From: a virus
Taxonomy: Duplodnaviria > Caudoviricetes
Virus record (IMG/VR): IMGVR_UViG_3300006863_000008
Location: 1 to 31,947 of that record
Reading direction: 5' to 3' (one strand)
Length of the DNA: 31,947 bases
Of this stretch, positions 6,286 to 13,708 are shown piece after piece (the stretch's first letter is position 1; each line of letters starts with the position of its first letter). Below the pieces are notes generated by a model. It saw only the letters and a program-made list of their open reading frames with translations. It was not told the DNA's origin and made no database searches. A program made the position numbers and the translations under genes.

Positions 6286-6497
6286 GCCAACAACAATGGT
6301 ACGAGACAGTTGCACTTCAGGAATACCAAGAGCAACCCTTAAACACCAAAATGCTCAAGCACGTTCGTCAACTTTTCAATGTTGACTACATCCCAACCGA
6401 AATTAACCGAGCCAATCAACGCAAATGGATCAGGTCTGTTCGCCGACTTGGAGACAAGTGGCTCTTTGCTAAATATTTGGAGAAAAAAAATGCTTAA
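6282..6497 (+). CDS. hypothetical protein
   Basis: ATG 6282 with SD GGAG; KWIRSVRRLGDKWL motif. Confidence 0.7.
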   Translation: MSQQQWYETVALQEYQEQPLNTKMLKHVRQLFNVDYIPTEINRANQRKWIRSVRRLGDKWLFAKYLEKKNA

Positions 6498-6684
6498 CGC
6501 TGAGGAAATTATTGACACTTGCCGAGCAATGTTGCGCCACTATGAGCCAGATGACCCTATGCGCTGGCCATTCTATTCTGGGGTGCTGGAAACCAAGATT
6601 CGTGAACTGGTACGAATCTTGAATCATGACGAATCAGTCATTCGCACATTGAACAACAAGATTGACGAAATTTTCAAGGACTAA
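6490..6684 (+). CDS. hypothetical protein
   Basis: ATG 6490 after GGAG; fills the gap to erf. Confidence 0.65.
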   Translation: MLNAEEIIDTCRAMLRHYEPDDPMRWPFYSGVLETKIRELVRILNHDESVIRTLNNKIDEIFKD

Positions 6685-6686
6685 TA

Positions 6687-7256
6687 ATGAAACAGATTGC
6701 CGCAGCATTGGTCAAAGCACAAAAAGCATTTGGCCCTGCTCTAAAAACCTCTACAAACCCGCATTTCAAATCACGCTATGCTGACCTTGCTGCTTGCGTA
6801 GAAGCGGTCATAGACGCATTAAACGCCAACGGCATAGCCCTAATCCAGCAGAATCACCCCAACCCTGATGGTGTGGTGGTGGAGACTGTATTCGTTCACG
6901 AATCCGGTGAAACCATCAGTTCTGGGCAACTGTTTGTGCCTGCATCGAAACACGACCCCCAAGGGTACGGGTCTGCTCTAACCTACGCCAGACGCTATTC
7001 CTTAATGGCCGCTTGCGGGATTGCGCCAGAAGATGATGACGGGAATGCAGCCAGTCGCAAAACCGAAAAGGTCAACATTGACACCAACGTGATGACAGAC
7101 CATCTCGCAGCGATTGATGCCAGCGCCAACAAAGAAGAACTCCAGAAAGCCTACGCAGCGGCTTATGCGGCTTGTGAAGGCGATCAAAACTGGCAGGCGC
7201 GTGTGATCAAAGCCAAAGCTGATCGCATCGCCAAAGCCAAGAAGGAGGCGGCATGA
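6687..7256 (+). CDS. erf: ERF family single-strand annealing protein
   Basis: NPHFKSRYADL, GSALTYARRYSL, EDDDGN motifs. Confidence 0.95.
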   Translation: MKQIAAALVKAQKAFGPALKTSTNPHFKSRYADLAACVEAVIDALNANGIALIQQNHPNPDGVVVETVFVHESGETISSGQLFVPASKHDPQGYGSALTYARRYSLMAACGIAPEDDDGNAASRKTEKVNIDTNVMTDHLAAIDASANKEELQKAYAAAYAACEGDQNWQARVIKAKADRIAKAKKEAA

Positions 7257-7438
7257 CCAAAAAGAAAACTCTAGGCATTGAAGAAATCACCCTGCGGGAT
7301 TTCTTTGCTGCTTTTGTGATCCAAAGCTATATGCAAAACGAAATTTGGAATCCTGACACCTATGAAGTAGCCGCCAGATCAGCTTATTGGGTAGCAGACG
7401 CCATGATTGAACAAAGGACTAAAAATGAATCCTCTTAA
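7253..7438 (+). CDS. small phage protein (TLRDFFAA...AY.VADAM family)
   Basis: SD GGAGG; recognisable TLRD-F-A...ADAM pattern. Confidence 0.75.
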   Translation: MTKKKTLGIEEITLRDFFAAFVIQSYMQNEIWNPDTYEVAARSAYWVADAMIEQRTKNESS

Positions 7439-7649
7439 AAAAGACATTGATTTACTTTACCAAGTGAATAGCGCAGATTTAGAAGCATTACAAGATGCTC
7501 AATTTACGCTTGAATCAATAAAGAAAGCAGACCCTGGCACTTATGACGAAATCATAGATGAGTCTTTGCGATTGATAAATAAAGCATTGGGCATAAGCTA
7601 TGCAGATGCTATTGAAAGGATAGCTGAACAATTAGGAGTTGAAGTATGA
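7425..7649 (+). CDS. hypothetical acidic protein
   Basis: ATG 7425 after AAGGA; AT-rich codons. Confidence 0.65.
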   Translation: MNPLKKDIDLLYQVNSADLEALQDAQFTLESIKKADPGTYDEIIDESLRLINKALGISYADAIERIAEQLGVEV

Positions 7650-8143
7650 GAAAACATTATCTTCTTCCAAATGATTTTGCTGGATTTGCAGCTCTTAAAT
7701 TTAAGAGCGCAAAAGAGATGGCATTAAAAGCAAAACGCGAATTGCTGACAAAAGAAAATGCAGAGGCAGTTGTTAGGATTGAACGTCAAGGTTTAGGATT
7801 GATCTACAAAGAAAAAACTGTTCGATCTGGGTTTACGTTGCCAACAAGCTATGAAGGATACTGGTTAATTAAACCAAAGAAAAACACCATCATAGGCAAG
7901 CGTGTCCAAAAAGAAATGGATGAGGTTTGTGGCCTGCTAGATGATTGGCAATGGGCAACTGAGAATGCTCTGGGCATATATGAATCCGTGTATGACAGAA
8001 GGGAATTCCACAACACGGTCTGTTATGCCTTGAAAGATGATTCTGTTGCGGTTAGCCAGCACAAAGATGCAAAACATAAACTGCCAGAACAATATGCAAT
8101 AACAAGAGAACAGTTTGAAACAATGATTAAGGAGGTGGTTTAA
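7646..8143 (+). CDS. hypothetical protein
   Basis: 165 aa, SD AGGAG, ATGA-coupled; AT-rich. Confidence 0.7.
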   Translation: MRKHYLLPNDFAGFAALKFKSAKEMALKAKRELLTKENAEAVVRIERQGLGLIYKEKTVRSGFTLPTSYEGYWLIKPKKNTIIGKRVQKEMDEVCGLLDDWQWATENALGIYESVYDRREFHNTVCYALKDDSVAVSQHKDAKHKLPEQYAITREQFETMIKEVV

Positions 8144-8754
8144 TGGAACAACGCACAGAAGATTGGTTTGCTCAACGTCTGGGCAAGGTCACCGCCTCTC
8201 GGGTTGCCGATGTGATGGCTAAGACCAAAACAGGTTACTCAGCTTCCCGTGAGAACTACATGGCGCAACTGGTGGTCGAGAGACTGACCCAAACCAAAGC
8301 AGAGTCGTTCACCAATGCAGCAATGCAGTGGGGTACAGACCAAGAGCCTTTTGCTCGGGCGGCTTATGAAGCCTCTCAGGGCGTTATGGTGGAGGAGGTA
8401 GGGTTTATGTCTCACCCCACCATAGAAATGGCTGGCGCGTCCCCTGATGGGCTTGTTGGGGATGATGGCATGGTGGAGATCAAATGCCCCAACACTGCCA
8501 CTCACATCGAAACCTTGCTGACCAACAAGATAGATGAGAAATACATTTATCAGATGCAATGGCAAATGGCTTGCACAGGTCGCCAATGGTGCGATTTCGT
8601 GAGCTTTGATCCACGAATGGACGAAGCACTACAACTCAAGATCATCTCGGTTGCCAGGGACAACGCCCTGATTGCAGAGATTGAGGCAGAAGTCCAGAAG
8701 TTTCTGGTCAAACTGGACGAAAAGGTTTCCCAACTTAACGCTTTGAAAGGCTAA
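8143..8754 (+). CDS. YqaJ/lambda-exonuclease family recombination nuclease
   Basis: QRTEDWFAQRLGKVTAS, ASPDG, EIKCP, QMQWQM, CDFVSFDPR. Confidence 0.95.
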   Translation: MEQRTEDWFAQRLGKVTASRVADVMAKTKTGYSASRENYMAQLVVERLTQTKAESFTNAAMQWGTDQEPFARAAYEASQGVMVEEVGFMSHPTIEMAGASPDGLVGDDGMVEIKCPNTATHIETLLTNKIDEKYIYQMQWQMACTGRQWCDFVSFDPRMDEALQLKIISVARDNALIAEIEAEVQKFLVKLDEKVSQLNALKG

Positions 8755-8758
8755 TATT

Positions 8759-9013
8759 ATGAAACGCACTCACGACATTACTGTAATTACCGGCACTTAC
8801 AAAGATCGGGAAGGCAACGACAAAAAGCGTTACACCAAGATTGGGTCGCTGTTTATGACCGACAAAGGGCGGGTCAAGTTAAAGATTGACAACGCTCATC
8901 CCACAATGGAGGGCGGCTGGTCTGGCTGGGCTGAAGCCTACGAAGTGACCGAGGAACAAAGCCAAAAACAGCGCATCAAAGCCGGATTCCCCGAAGATGA
9001 CGCTCCATTTTGA
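8759..9013 (+). CDS. small SSB-like protein
   Basis: OB-like beta segments (YKDREG..K.RY..IG) and an acidic C-terminal tail EDDAPF; lies in the recombination module. Confidence 0.65.
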   Translation: MKRTHDITVITGTYKDREGNDKKRYTKIGSLFMTDKGRVKLKIDNAHPTMEGGWSGWAEAYEVTEEQSQKQRIKAGFPEDDAPF

Positions 9014-9413
9014 CCAAAGAAAACGGGAATGGTGGGATTGGCACAAAGCCAACCCCCAGGTCTGGGACTACTTTGAACGGTTCTCTTTGGAGGCCGTTTC
9101 AAAGGGTCGGACAAAGATAAGTCACTGGTTAATTATTAACCGCATCCGGTGGGAGGTAAACATTGTCACAACCGGCGAGGACTTCAAAATCAGCAATGAC
9201 TACATTGCCTTCTACGCACGACTCTGGAAAGCCAGATACCCACAATATAAAGATTTGTTCACAACAAAGAAAATGCTTGGAGAGCCTGATGAACTATCTA
9301 ACCGACAGAATCCAAACCCTGAAAGAGCGTTACAAGGAAACTGGGGATGTCAAATGGCATCACAGGGCGCGGGAAGTTCGTACTACGCAGGAAAATCTGG
9401 CGAAGCTGCGTGA
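8997..9413 (+). CDS. hypothetical protein (possible winged-helix-like fold)
   Basis: HKANPQVW..F...IINRIRWE...FKISND..A.YAR pattern; C-terminal ~40 aa overlap the next ORF. Confidence 0.7.
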   Translation: MTLHFDQRKREWWDWHKANPQVWDYFERFSLEAVSKGRTKISHWLIINRIRWEVNIVTTGEDFKISNDYIAFYARLWKARYPQYKDLFTTKKMLGEPDELSNRQNPNPERALQGNWGCQMASQGAGSSYYAGKSGEAA

Positions 9414-9462
9414 AAAGCTATGGGAAGAATACGATAGTGGCTTGGATTCACCACCAGATTGA
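9289..9462 (+). CDS. hypothetical small protein (MNYLTDRIQ...)
   Basis: ATG 9289 after GGAG; helical, charged 57 aa. Confidence 0.5.
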   Translation: MNYLTDRIQTLKERYKETGDVKWHHRAREVRTTQENLAKLREKLWEEYDSGLDSPPD

Positions 9463-9486
9463 CATCTTTGTAAGATATGGCAAAAT
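9459..9486 (+). promoter_or_regulatory. putative late-region promoter
   Basis: TTGACA-N16-CAAAAT preceded by TGG; operator half-site TGTAAG in the spacer. Confidence 0.55.
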
Positions 9487-9545
9487 GTCTAAACGACAGT
9501 TGCCATGTCGATTTGGGGCAATAGCCCCATCTTTTTAGGGTCGCC

Positions 9546-9905
9546 ATGAACGAAGAAGTTGCAGAATTTGTCTCAACCTTGCTGCATAGCAGTACGGTTA
9601 CTCATTTCATGCACTGGGCCACATCTAGCTATGCCCAGCACATTGCCCTTGGTGACTATTACGAGGGAATCATTGAACTAACCGACAAATATGCTGAGGC
9701 ATACATGGGTCGGTACAAGCAAATTAAGACCTTTCCAAATGACTTTCACGCTGGCACAGACCCCGTAAAGTACCTGGAAGGCATACAATCCTTTGTGGAG
9801 AAGGCAAGAGAGCATCTTCCCGAGGATAGTGAACTGCAAAACATCATTGATGAGATTGCAGACCTGATTAACTCAACCCTCTACAAACTCAGATTTTTGG
9901 AGTGA
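9546..9905 (+). CDS. Dps/ferritin-like four-helix protein
   Basis: HFMHW...HIALGDYYE...DKYAE matches the spacing of Dps ferroxidase ligands. Confidence 0.75.
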   Translation: MNEEVAEFVSTLLHSSTVTHFMHWATSSYAQHIALGDYYEGIIELTDKYAEAYMGRYKQIKTFPNDFHAGTDPVKYLEGIQSFVEKAREHLPEDSELQNIIDEIADLINSTLYKLRFLE

Positions 9906-9907
9906 TT

Positions 9908-10120
9908 ATGAAAAACGAACCAGCAGGCTACGGTTTCGGCAATCAAGCCAAGATCAGCGGCAACCCCAAATCATCAGACAGCACTGGTGAGCGCAAGGAA
10001 GCCCTGATTAAAGGCATGGTTCCCAAAGCCAAAGAGAACGCTACCGGTGAAAACAAACCTTTCAACGGCGGCCGTCACAGCGGCATTTGCTACACCCATT
10101 CCCGTAGCAACTACCGCTAA
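9908..10120 (+). CDS. hypothetical small basic protein
   Basis: SD GGAG; 70 aa, low complexity, ends GICYTHSR. Confidence 0.65.
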   Translation: MKNEPAGYGFGNQAKISGNPKSSDSTGERKEALIKGMVPKAKENATGENKPFNGGRHSGICYTHSRSNYR

Positions 10121-10181
10121 AGCGAAACGCCCTCCAGACCCACCTGGAAGGCGCTTCTAACCAGCAATAAGGAGAGTATTG

Positions 10182-10433
10182 ATGGCTGAACAGTATTGTA
10201 GTTCGTGCCGGTTTTTTCGGAAACTGGAGATTTTGGGTCAATGTCGGCTTTATCCGACCTATCAAAACAAACACGAACGGGATTGGTGTGGCCAATACCA
10301 GATCGGGGATACCCCTGTGGAAAAGCCTGTGGAAAAGGTAGAGAAGCCGGTTTACGACATAGTGACCGACACCTTTACTGAAAAGCCCAAACGCAAATAC
10401 ACAAGGAAGCAAGATGCTAAAGCCTCTGCATAA
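10182..10433 (+). CDS. small Cys-rich metal-binding protein
   Basis: CSSCRFF...GQCRLYP...WCG (4 Cys); SD AAGGAG; basic tail KPKRKYTRK. Confidence 0.7.
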   Translation: MAEQYCSSCRFFRKLEILGQCRLYPTYQNKHERDWCGQYQIGDTPVEKPVEKVEKPVYDIVTDTFTEKPKRKYTRKQDAKASA

Positions 10434-10674
10434 TCGGGTAGTTGTCCAGCCAAGGGTTCGCCAGTTAAGCGACATCCTGGTAATCCATAACAATGAGCCT
10501 TTTAATGAAGGCACAATTATTTCCGTTGGCCCAGAAGTCACCGAATGTAAGCCTGGAGACTTCATAAAGTACGGCAATGGTGACTATCTAAACTGGCCCA
10601 CCCATCGGATTGATGGTCAGGACTACCAGATCATCCAAGAGGCAGACATTTGCGCTGTGGTGGAAAATGACTAA
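10414..10674 (+). CDS. groES: GroES/Cpn10-like co-chaperonin
   Basis: LKPLHNRVVV, GTIISVGP, KPGD, I-I-x-E-x-DI-x-AV. Confidence 0.9.
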   Translation: MLKPLHNRVVVQPRVRQLSDILVIHNNEPFNEGTIISVGPEVTECKPGDFIKYGNGDYLNWPTHRIDGQDYQIIQEADICAVVEND

Positions 10675-10696
10675 AATCCCCAAAAAGGAGTAAGCC

Positions 10697-10849
10697 ATGC
10701 CTCTAATCAAATCAATGACCCCCAAAGCCCTGAAAGAGAACATTAAAAGGGAAATAGAGGCTGGCAAACCACCCAAACAAGCGGTGGCCATAGGATATTC
10801 TGTAAAGCGTGAAGCAGAGAAAAAAGCCAAACAAAAGCCTAAAAAGTGA
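10697..10849 (+). CDS. 50-aa basic protein (KQAVAI motif)
   Basis: Translated by hand: MPLIKSMTPKALKENIKREIEAGKPPKQAVAIGYSVKREAEKKAKQKPKK; SD AAGGAG; GTGA-coupled to the next gene; absent from the ORF track. Confidence 0.75.
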   Translation: MPLIKSMTPKALKENIKREIEAGKPPKQAVAIGYSVKREAEKKAKQKPKK

Positions 10850-12042
10850 AAATCACCGAAAAGAATGTTTCAGAGCTAATCCCTTATGTAAACAACAGCC
10901 GCACCCATTCTGACGAACAGGTGGCACAGATTGCGGCAAGCATCAAGGAATTTGGCTGGACAAATCCGATCCTGATTGATGAGGAAAGCAGCATCATTGC
11001 AGGTCACGGGCGGCTTATGGCTGCTCGAAAACTTGGCATGGATAAAGTTCCTTGCATCCATGTAAAAAATCTTACTGAAGCCCAAAAAAAAGCCCTGATT
11101 ATTGCAGACAACAAGTTGGCGCTGAATGCCGGTTGGGACAATGATCTATTGAAGTTGGAACTGGAAAACCTCCAGGAATTAGGCTTTGACCTAGATATTT
11201 TGGGGTTCAATGCTGACGAACTAAGCGCTTTGCTGGAGCCTGAACAACTTGAGGGGCTAACGGACGAAGATGAAGCGCCGCCGGTTCCGGTAGAAGCTAA
11301 GACAAAACCTGGCGACATATATCAGTTGGGCAAACACCGTCTTATGTGCGGTGATTCGTGTAGCACCAATGACATGGAAAAGCTGTGCGATGGGCAACTT
11401 GTGGATATGTGGCTGACCGACCCGCCTTATAACGTGGCATATGAAGGCGGTACGGGACTCACAATTCAGAATGATGACATGGGTGACGAGCAATTCCGTC
11501 AATTCTTGCGCGATGCTTACGTTACTGCCGACTTGGTAATGAAGCCGGGCGCCGTGTTTTATATTTGGCATGCCGATTCGGAAGGATACAACTTTCGCGG
11601 CGCTGCAAAGGATGCTGGTTGGACTGTTCGTCAATGTCTGATTTGGAAGAAATCAAGTCTTGTTATGGGGCGACAAGACTACCATTGGAAGCATGAGCCT
11701 TGCCTTTACGGTTGGAAGGAAGGCGCAGGCCACCTGTGGGCAACAGACCGCAAGCAAACAACCATTCTGGAGTTTGATAAACCCTCAAGGAATGGCGAAC
11801 ACCCCACAATGAAGCCTGTTGCATTATTTGAATACCAAATGCTCAACAACACCAAAGGCGGCGACATCGTGTTGGATTCTTTTGGTGGAAGTGGTACAAC
11901 CCTTATTGCAGCCGAAAAGAACGGGCGTGTTGCTCGATTAATGGAATTAGACCCAAAATATTGCGATGTAATCGTAAAGCGGTGGGAAGAATTCACAGGC
12001 AAAAAAGCCGAATTGTTGACGGAATTAACCGAAACTGTTTAA
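10846..12042 (+). CDS. ParB-like N-terminal domain fused to an N6/N4 DNA methyltransferase (beta class)
   Basis: SIKEFGWTNPILID, IIAGHGR, ADNKL; TDPPY before DSFGGSGTT; HPTMKP. Confidence 0.93.
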   Translation: MKITEKNVSELIPYVNNSRTHSDEQVAQIAASIKEFGWTNPILIDEESSIIAGHGRLMAARKLGMDKVPCIHVKNLTEAQKKALIIADNKLALNAGWDNDLLKLELENLQELGFDLDILGFNADELSALLEPEQLEGLTDEDEAPPVPVEAKTKPGDIYQLGKHRLMCGDSCSTNDMEKLCDGQLVDMWLTDPPYNVAYEGGTGLTIQNDDMGDEQFRQFLRDAYVTADLVMKPGAVFYIWHADSEGYNFRGAAKDAGWTVRQCLIWKKSSLVMGRQDYHWKHEPCLYGWKEGAGHLWATDRKQTTILEFDKPSRNGEHPTMKPVALFEYQMLNNTKGGDIVLDSFGGSGTTLIAAEKNGRVARLMELDPKYCDVIVKRWEEFTGKKAELLTELTETV

Positions 12043-12045
12043 ATT
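12016..12045 (+). promoter_or_regulatory. possible promoter for the packaging genes
   Basis: TTGACG-N17-TTAAAT with TG extension. Confidence 0.4.
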
Positions 12046-12067
12046 TTAACGAGTTCCCCTTTATAAA

Positions 12068-12418
12068 ATGCCTGTAATACCTCAAGCACCTCATATTCCA
12101 ACGGACGAAAACCGTAAACTGGTCGAAAGCACCAGTGGATTGGGCTTGCCGCATGAGCAAATTGCCATTCTTGTGGGGATTGATGACAAGACGCTACGTA
12201 AGTATTACCGAACAGAACTGGACACGGGAAAGGCTAAAGCCAACAGCCAGATTGCCAGGACGCTATATCAAAAGGCCGTGGCAGGCGACACAACCAGCCT
12301 GATCTGGTGGACAAAAAGCCAAATGCGCTGGTCTGAAACCGTTAAGCAAGAGGTTACAGGCGCTGACGGTGAGCCGTTGCAGGGCATCCAAGTCACTTTT
12401 GTAAAGCCAAATGAGTGA
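12068..12418 (+). CDS. terS: terminase small subunit
   Basis: HTH (HEQIAILVGIDDKTLRKYY), LYQKA..GD...IWW.K, EVTGADG.PL; directly upstream of TerL. Confidence 0.85.
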   Translation: MPVIPQAPHIPTDENRKLVESTSGLGLPHEQIAILVGIDDKTLRKYYRTELDTGKAKANSQIARTLYQKAVAGDTTSLIWWTKSQMRWSETVKQEVTGADGEPLQGIQVTFVKPNE

Positions 12419-13688
12419 TTTGGTTGCCAACGCAATCGCCAAGGCAGAGTTTCCTGTCAAGCTGCAAGGCTTGTTTCAAAAAAGCCGGTACAAAGTAGCC
12501 TATGGCGGGAGGGGCGGCGCTAAGTCTTGGGGGATAGCCAGGGCGCTTTTGATCCTGGGGGCAAGAAACCCACTTAGGATTCTGTGCGCCCGAGAGTTTA
12601 TGACCTCCATGCGAGATTCTGTCCACAAGCTGTTGTGCGACCAGATCGAGGCGCTTGGACTGATTGGGTTCTATGAAATCACCCAGGCCAGCATCAAAGG
12701 CAAGAACGGCACAGAATTTAGCTTTGTGGGGCTTAAAAACAATGTGGCCAATGTCAAATCTTATGAAGGCATAGACATTTGCTGGGTTGAGGAAGCCCAG
12801 ACCGTTAGCCGGTTGTCCTGGAACATTCTGATTCCAACCATCCGCAAGGAAGGGTCTGAAATATGGGTTTCCTTTAACCCTGAGTTGGAAACAGACGAAA
12901 CCTACCAAAGATTTGTGGCCAATCCGCCGGCAGACTGCATCACCATGCGGGTAAATTGGTCAGATAACCCGTGGTTTCCTGACACGCTGCGGTTGGAAAA
13001 AGATGCACTTAAGGCGCGGGACGAAGAAGCCTACAACCAGGTTTGGGAAGGCTTATGCCGCCAAACGGTTGATGGGGCTATCTTTGCTAAGGAAATGCAA
13101 GCCGCCGAAAAGGATGGGCGCATCACCCGTGTGCCTTATGACGCAACCAAACCTGTTCATGCGGTCTTTGACCTGGGTTGGTCGGACAACACCGCCATCT
13201 GGTTCTTGCAGTTTATAGGCATGGAAACAAGGCTAATCCGGTACATTGAGGATAGCCAAAAGACCATTTCATATTACCTGGCAACCATGCAGACCTATGG
13301 TTATGTCTATGACACCATCTGGCTCCCGCATGATGCCGAGAACAAAACCCTGGCCGCTGCTGGGCGCTCCATAGATGACATCGTTAGAGCAGCAGGGTAT
13401 AAGACCCGAATCCTGCCAAAAGTCCCGATTGTGGACTCCATCAATGCCGCCAGGACAATATTCCCGAACTGCTGGTTTGATCGGGAACACGCCGCTGATG
13501 GGCTAACCTGCCTAAGACATTATCGGTATGAAGTAGACCCAGATACCGGGCAATTCAGCCGCAGCCCACTGCATGACCAATATAGCCACGGGGCAGACGC
13601 TTTCCGCTATATTGCTTTGATGATTAAAGAGCCAGCCAAACGCAAGAAACCAGAGCCAGTTGCGGCTATGGGCAGTTGGATGGGATAA
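12411..13688 (+). CDS. terL: terminase large subunit (PBSX/Terminase_3 type)
   Basis: Walker A YGGRGGAKS, Walker B WVEEA, FNP, nuclease DLG...HGADAFRY. Confidence 0.97.
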   Translation: MSDLVANAIAKAEFPVKLQGLFQKSRYKVAYGGRGGAKSWGIARALLILGARNPLRILCAREFMTSMRDSVHKLLCDQIEALGLIGFYEITQASIKGKNGTEFSFVGLKNNVANVKSYEGIDICWVEEAQTVSRLSWNILIPTIRKEGSEIWVSFNPELETDETYQRFVANPPADCITMRVNWSDNPWFPDTLRLEKDALKARDEEAYNQVWEGLCRQTVDGAIFAKEMQAAEKDGRITRVPYDATKPVHAVFDLGWSDNTAIWFLQFIGMETRLIRYIEDSQKTISYYLATMQTYGYVYDTIWLPHDAENKTLAAAGRSIDDIVRAAGYKTRILPKVPIVDSINAARTIFPNCWFDREHAADGLTCLRHYRYEVDPDTGQFSRSPLHDQYSHGADAFRYIALMIKEPAKRKKPEPVAAMGSWMG

Positions 13689-13708
13689 TTCCCACAAAAG
13701 GGGTAAAT

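Noticed and set aside
10667-10693. 8-codon ORF MTKIPKKE overlapping the groES stop
   Set aside because: Too short and no independent support; it only spans the next gene's SD
10846-12042. Restriction-modification system
   Set aside because: No cognate endonuclease; ParB-MTase fusions next to terminase genes are common orphan phage genes
13681-13694. TGGGA-TAAT-TCCCA inverted repeat at the terL/portal junction
   Set aside because: Only 5 bp and no U-tract; the overlapping TTGCGG-N18-GATAAT promoter match is too weak to call
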